Below are positions 28,840 through 32,000 of a DNA stretch of 32,000 nt, piece after piece. The notes under the pieces were generated by a model, which was given only the letters and a program-made list of their open reading frames with translations, was not told where the DNA came from and did not search any database. How positions within the stretch are numbered: position 1 is the stretch's first letter; the number at the start of each line of letters is the position of its first letter. The stretch comes from Acaryochloris marina S15 (GTDB lineage Bacteria; Cyanobacteriota; Cyanobacteriia; Thermosynechococcales; Thermosynechococcaceae): assembly GCF_018336915.1 (NCBI RefSeq), contig NZ_CP064924.1:90001-122000 (forward strand), given 5' to 3'. The translations under genes were made by a program, and so were the position numbers.

Positions 28840-30586
28840 GCTACCAGCATAAAGCGGGAAAAGATTTGAGTATTTTCAGATAGGATCGCACTCTTTTGTA
28901 GATGAAATAGGCAAGATATCTGCGGTTAGTCACAAAGAGCTGTATCGTACCTTTGCAAGTCAACAGAGGAAACGATGAGCCTGACAATACGAGAGCGCTG
29001 CCAAGCCGTCACTGATTGTCTGTTCGAACAGGGAGTAAAAGGGATTGCGAAAATTGCTGCTGCGACAGGTCTATCAAAAAGCAGTGTTCATCGTCATCAA
29101 CAGGCTATCGCTCGGCGTAACCAATATCCAGAGTCACTATGGTGGGAAAGTCAGACAGGGAGTCAATGGCTCAGAGTGATGGTCTTAGGAGTGGTGTACT
29201 ATTCGGCGTCAAACATGGGGTAGGAGCTGAGAGTCTATCAGAATTTTTTACAGCGATTCACATAGATGCTCATGTGGGCGTTTCAGCCAGCTCCCTTCGG
29301 CTGTTGAAACGGAAGATGCGGGATGCGATTATCGCCTATGAAGTCGCCCAGCAAGAGCATTGCCAACCCAAAGACGGTCAGGGCATCTGTGTCGGTGGGG
29401 ACGAAACCTTTTTTGGTTTACCTATCTTGGTGATGTTGGAATTGGCTAGTGGCTTTATCTTCACAGAGGTGGAACGTCCCAACCGTACTTATGCAACCTG
29501 GCAAGCCCAGATTCAGCAGTGGTGGACCCGCTGTGGATGGCATTGTCATTTTATGGTGAGTGATGGTGCTCCAGCCCTGATTAAATTAGCTGTATCAGGC
29601 TTAGGCTGTGTCAGTGTTTCTGATTTATTCCATGCCCTGAGTGCCTTAGCCCAACCTATCGGCAGTGATATGGGTCGTCAAATGAGTCAGTTGAACAAAA
29701 AAGCGACTGTACTTCAACAGCAACTTCTCAACGTTCGTAGTGAGGCTAAACAGCAACAACTCCAACAATCAAAGGCGGAGATTTCTGCTCAGCAACAGTC
29801 TTTAGAGCAGGACAAGATGGCCTATCATCAGGTTCTTCATCGCCTTACCCAAGTCATTCATCCGTTTAATATCAAGACTTTGGAATGGCAGCTGTTTGAT
29901 GATCTATCGGCTGGGTTGAATGCTCCCCTCGCCCAGATGTCTACCCTAGCCAAAACCTATGGTGCTCAGAAGGGAGCAAAGCCATTGACTCATTCCAACA
30001 ACAAATTCCTTCAATGGCTCAGGGGATTCATGCTTGGTGGCAATGGGTGACTCAAGCGCTAAAGGTAGCCACAGATGATCTCGATCTACAAAACTGGGTA
30101 CTCATGTACCTATTACCCTGGGCTTATTGGCAACAGCAAACGGACAAAACTCGGCATCCTCTACTCAAGGCAGATTATCGAAAGGCGACTGAACAAGCTT
30201 ATGCCCGGTTACTCAAGCACCCCATGACTCAACAAATGAACTCTCAAGAAAGCCAGGAGTGGGTAGACTGGGCGCAATGGATGAGTACGAAGTATCAACG
30301 GACTTCCTCCGCAGTTGAAGGACGTAATGGTTATCTATCCCGATTGCATCATGCAGCCCGAGGGTTTCGGAAGAATCCTTGAAAGTGCTCACCATCATCC
30401 ATAATTTTGACCTCAAAAGAGCAGATGGGACCACCGCAGCACAACGGCTTTTTGGGCATCCTTTTCCTGATGTGTTTGAGTCGGTTGTTAACTCTATGGG
30501 GGAATTGCCAGTGGCACGTCAGTCCTCAATGAAAAAACGGCCTAACCCTTTAACCCAAGCTATTTTCCCGGCTTAAATTGATACCC
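28840..30586 (+). mobile_element. Nested insertion sequence (about 1.75 kb) with a 9-bp target-site duplication
   Basis: TAAATTGGG is present at 28831-28839 and 30587-30595. Removing 28840-30586 plus one duplicate restores the continuous IS630 reading frame ..DEFAVSERPNLFYGWAERNTRP.. The terminal repeats are imperfect and share the core AAGC(C)GGGAAAA. Confidence 0.85.
28975..30576 (+). pseudogene. Transposase-like protein of the nested IS (resembles cyanobacterial proteins annotated DUF6399; family uncertain), three frame changes
   Basis: Track ORFs 28975..29223, 29139..30050, 30014..30382 and 30379..30576 are colinear. There is an N-terminal HTH-like segment (GIAKIAAATGLSKSSVHRHQQ). The C-terminal block is YQRTSSAVEGRNGYLSRLHHAARGF / LKVLTIIHNFDLKRADGTTAAQRLFG. 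The breaks are at TT 29202-29203, A3 29978-29980 and T3 30365-30367. Confidence 0.7.
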
Positions 30587-31137
30587 TAAATTGGGACGCT
30601 CAGAGACAGCAAACTCATCAAAAAATACGATGTGCTCACCTGGTTGTAGCGATTGCAGTTTTTTTACTGCTGCTACCCATTCTTGCTGGGCTTGCGGATC
30701 AGCATTTGCATAGTCGCGGTGGGCTCGCTGGTAAGACAACCCCAACTCCGAGAGCAATTCATAAATACGAGAGTCTTTCAACTGCACCTCGAAGCGTTGC
30801 TCAATTACAACTGACAAAATAGCCCCGTCCACATATTGCGATCAATGCCATAGTCTGTCGGGTGTTGTGTTAGCACCATTTCTTTGAGTTGCTGTTGTTG
30901 TTCTGGAGGCAACCGACTTGGTTTTCGATGTCGAATGGGTTGGACTAAACCTCTCAGTCCGCCGTCGAGAAATTTGTCTATCCAACACGTTAAAGTGTCA
31001 TAGCGACACCCTACTTGCTTACTCGCTTGGGCACGACTCTGTCCTTCATGCAGGAGTTTAATAGCGGTTAATCGCTGGCGAATGTATTGTTGTTGATTGC
31101 GATTGTAGAATTTCTGCCACTCATCTACATCAAAGGC
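30587..31137 (-). pseudogene. IS630-family transposase, N-terminal half (HTH region)
   Basis: Manual translation gives AFDVDEWQKFYNRNQQQYIRQRLTAIKLLHEGQSRAQASKQVGCRYDTLTCWIDKFLDGGLRGLVQPIRHRKPSRLPPEQQQQLKEMVLTQHPTDYGIDRNMW. After a frame change near 30829-30830 it continues as track ORF 30560..30832 (ILSVVIEQRFEVQLKDSRIYELLSELGLSYQRA...FFDEFAVSERPN). I could not identify an intact start codon. Confidence 0.75.
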
Positions 31138-31325
31138 TTATCTCGAAAGGCTTGTGTTCAGTTCACTGCGTCTATTTACTTTCTTCTCGATTTTACAGCG
31201 GGAAGGGAGTAAGTGGGGATACCTAGTGGGTTTCAGGTGGTGCAGCGGGGAGCGTTCTATGGGGTGGGGTTTATATTGAGAAATAAGGGTACTTGGCGAA
31301 CAATGATTTCTGAAGGTGGAAAGAC

Positions 31326-31769
31326 ATGGTTAGAGCTTTACTCAGGTTTGGTTCTGGGAATTTCGACTTACTTGAGATTTTGCGGGGAGGGCCAGATGCT
31401 TGGAACCAGTGGCGTGAGGAGAATCCTAATCAGGAGATAAATCTCAGCGGTGCTGACCTCAGCGGTGCCAACCTCCACAGTGCCGACCTCCACAATGCAA
31501 AACTAAGCAGTGCAAAACTCAACGGTGCCGATCTCCGCAGTGCCGACCTTAGCGATGCAAAGCTCAACGATGCGAACCTCACCCGTGCAAAACTAAGCAG
31601 TGCAAAACTCAACAATGCGAACCTCGTTGGTGCCAACCTTTTTGGTGCCCACCTCTTCAATACCGATTTCACGAATGTCAACCTCAGACGTGCCGAACTC
31701 TTCGGTGCTATTCTTTTTGAAGAAACTAAGATTGATCCTAAATGGCTTCCTAAACCTCATCCAAGATGA
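31326..31769 (+). CDS. Pentapeptide-repeat protein
   Basis: 147 aa. Following an N-terminal WNQWREENP segment there are about 20 consecutive A(D/N)LXX pentapeptides (ADLSGANLHSADLHNAKLSSAKLNGADLRSADLSDAKLNDANL...). Confidence 0.88.
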   Translation: MVRALLRFGSGNFDLLEILRGGPDAWNQWREENPNQEINLSGADLSGANLHSADLHNAKLSSAKLNGADLRSADLSDAKLNDANLTRAKLSSAKLNNANLVGANLFGAHLFNTDFTNVNLRRAELFGAILFEETKIDPKWLPKPHPR

Positions 31770-31836
31770 GATCTAGAGTTTTTAGATCTTGGGTGTTTTT
31801 GCATAGATTCCGTTAGGGGCTTATGCAAAAACACCC
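31769..31836 (+). terminator. Two stem-loops immediately after the pentapeptide-repeat gene
   Basis: The first is agatcta-N7-tagatct (31769-31789), followed by tgggtgttttt. The second has 15-bp perfect arms, gggtgtttttgcata (31791-31805) and tatgcaaaaacaccc (31822-31836). Confidence 0.5.
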
Positions 31837-32000
31837 TACATGTATCAACAATTTTGATTCTTTTGATTAATTTCCAATAAAAGGTACCCATCGATATTCG
31901 GTAGTCAGGTGAGATTATCTCAGCCCCTATTCTGTAGAAGCCATATAAACCGGTGCTCTGAGGATCTGAGCTTCGGTCCAAATGTGTTCAGTTAATCCAA

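Larger units (their letters stand above)
28270..31211 (-). mobile_element. IS630-family insertion sequence interrupted by a nested IS
   Basis: The terminal inverted repeats are ctcccttcccg (28272-28282) and cgggaagggag (31199-31209), each flanked by TA (28270-28271; 31210-31211). TA is the usual IS630 target. The length without the nested element is about 1.19 kb. Confidence 0.8.

Noticed and set aside
31430-31681. Minus-strand ORF rich in LSFA/LRSA repeats.
   Set aside because: It is the antisense image of the pentapeptide-repeat gene. Its periodicity is inherited from the sense-strand repeats.

Overview
The segment looks cyanobacterial. HIP1 octamers (GCGATCGC) occur at 5768, 7925 and 24954, and it carries group-2-type sigma factors, a KaiC-like ATPase, a pentapeptide-repeat protein and a DUF4351/Rpn-type remnant. 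I cannot assign a genus.

The window has two very different halves.

(A) 1-18.3 kb holds intact genes, nearly all regulatory or membrane-associated. Nine genes run co-directionally on the minus strand:
- a histidine kinase with an N-terminal pseudo-receiver
- a possible 41-aa peptide
- a PRC-barrel protein
- sigma factor 2, followed by a DUF389 membrane protein
- sigma factor 1, followed by a P-type (Ca2+-type) ATPase
- a GGDEF protein
- a small 3-TM protein

Next to this array is a KaiC-like double-RecA ATPase, a REC-histidine kinase and a NarL-type regulator, arranged <- -> <- ->. Neither kaiA nor kaiB is present. An M42-type peptidase and a PsiE-family protein follow.

(B) 18.4-31.2 kb is a patchwork:
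- a GGDEF 3' fragment cut by an ISAs1-family IS
- two TPR genes
- an mreB-like stub
- an orphan groEL
- a second copy of the small 3-TM gene
- a 2.7-kb hybrid sensor kinase
- a DUF4351/Rpn fragment
- an IS630-family element split by a nested 1.75-kb IS

Every long frame in half (B) is broken. I traced 19 breaks, and 18 are explained by loss of one base in a short homopolymer run. Half (A) has none.

The small-protein cassette is present as a diverged inverted repeat (590-1295 and 23980-24572) that brackets about 23 kb.

The best candidate for an undescribed system is the KaiC-like/two-kinase/NarL module together with the adjacent tandem sigma-factor/membrane-protein pairs.
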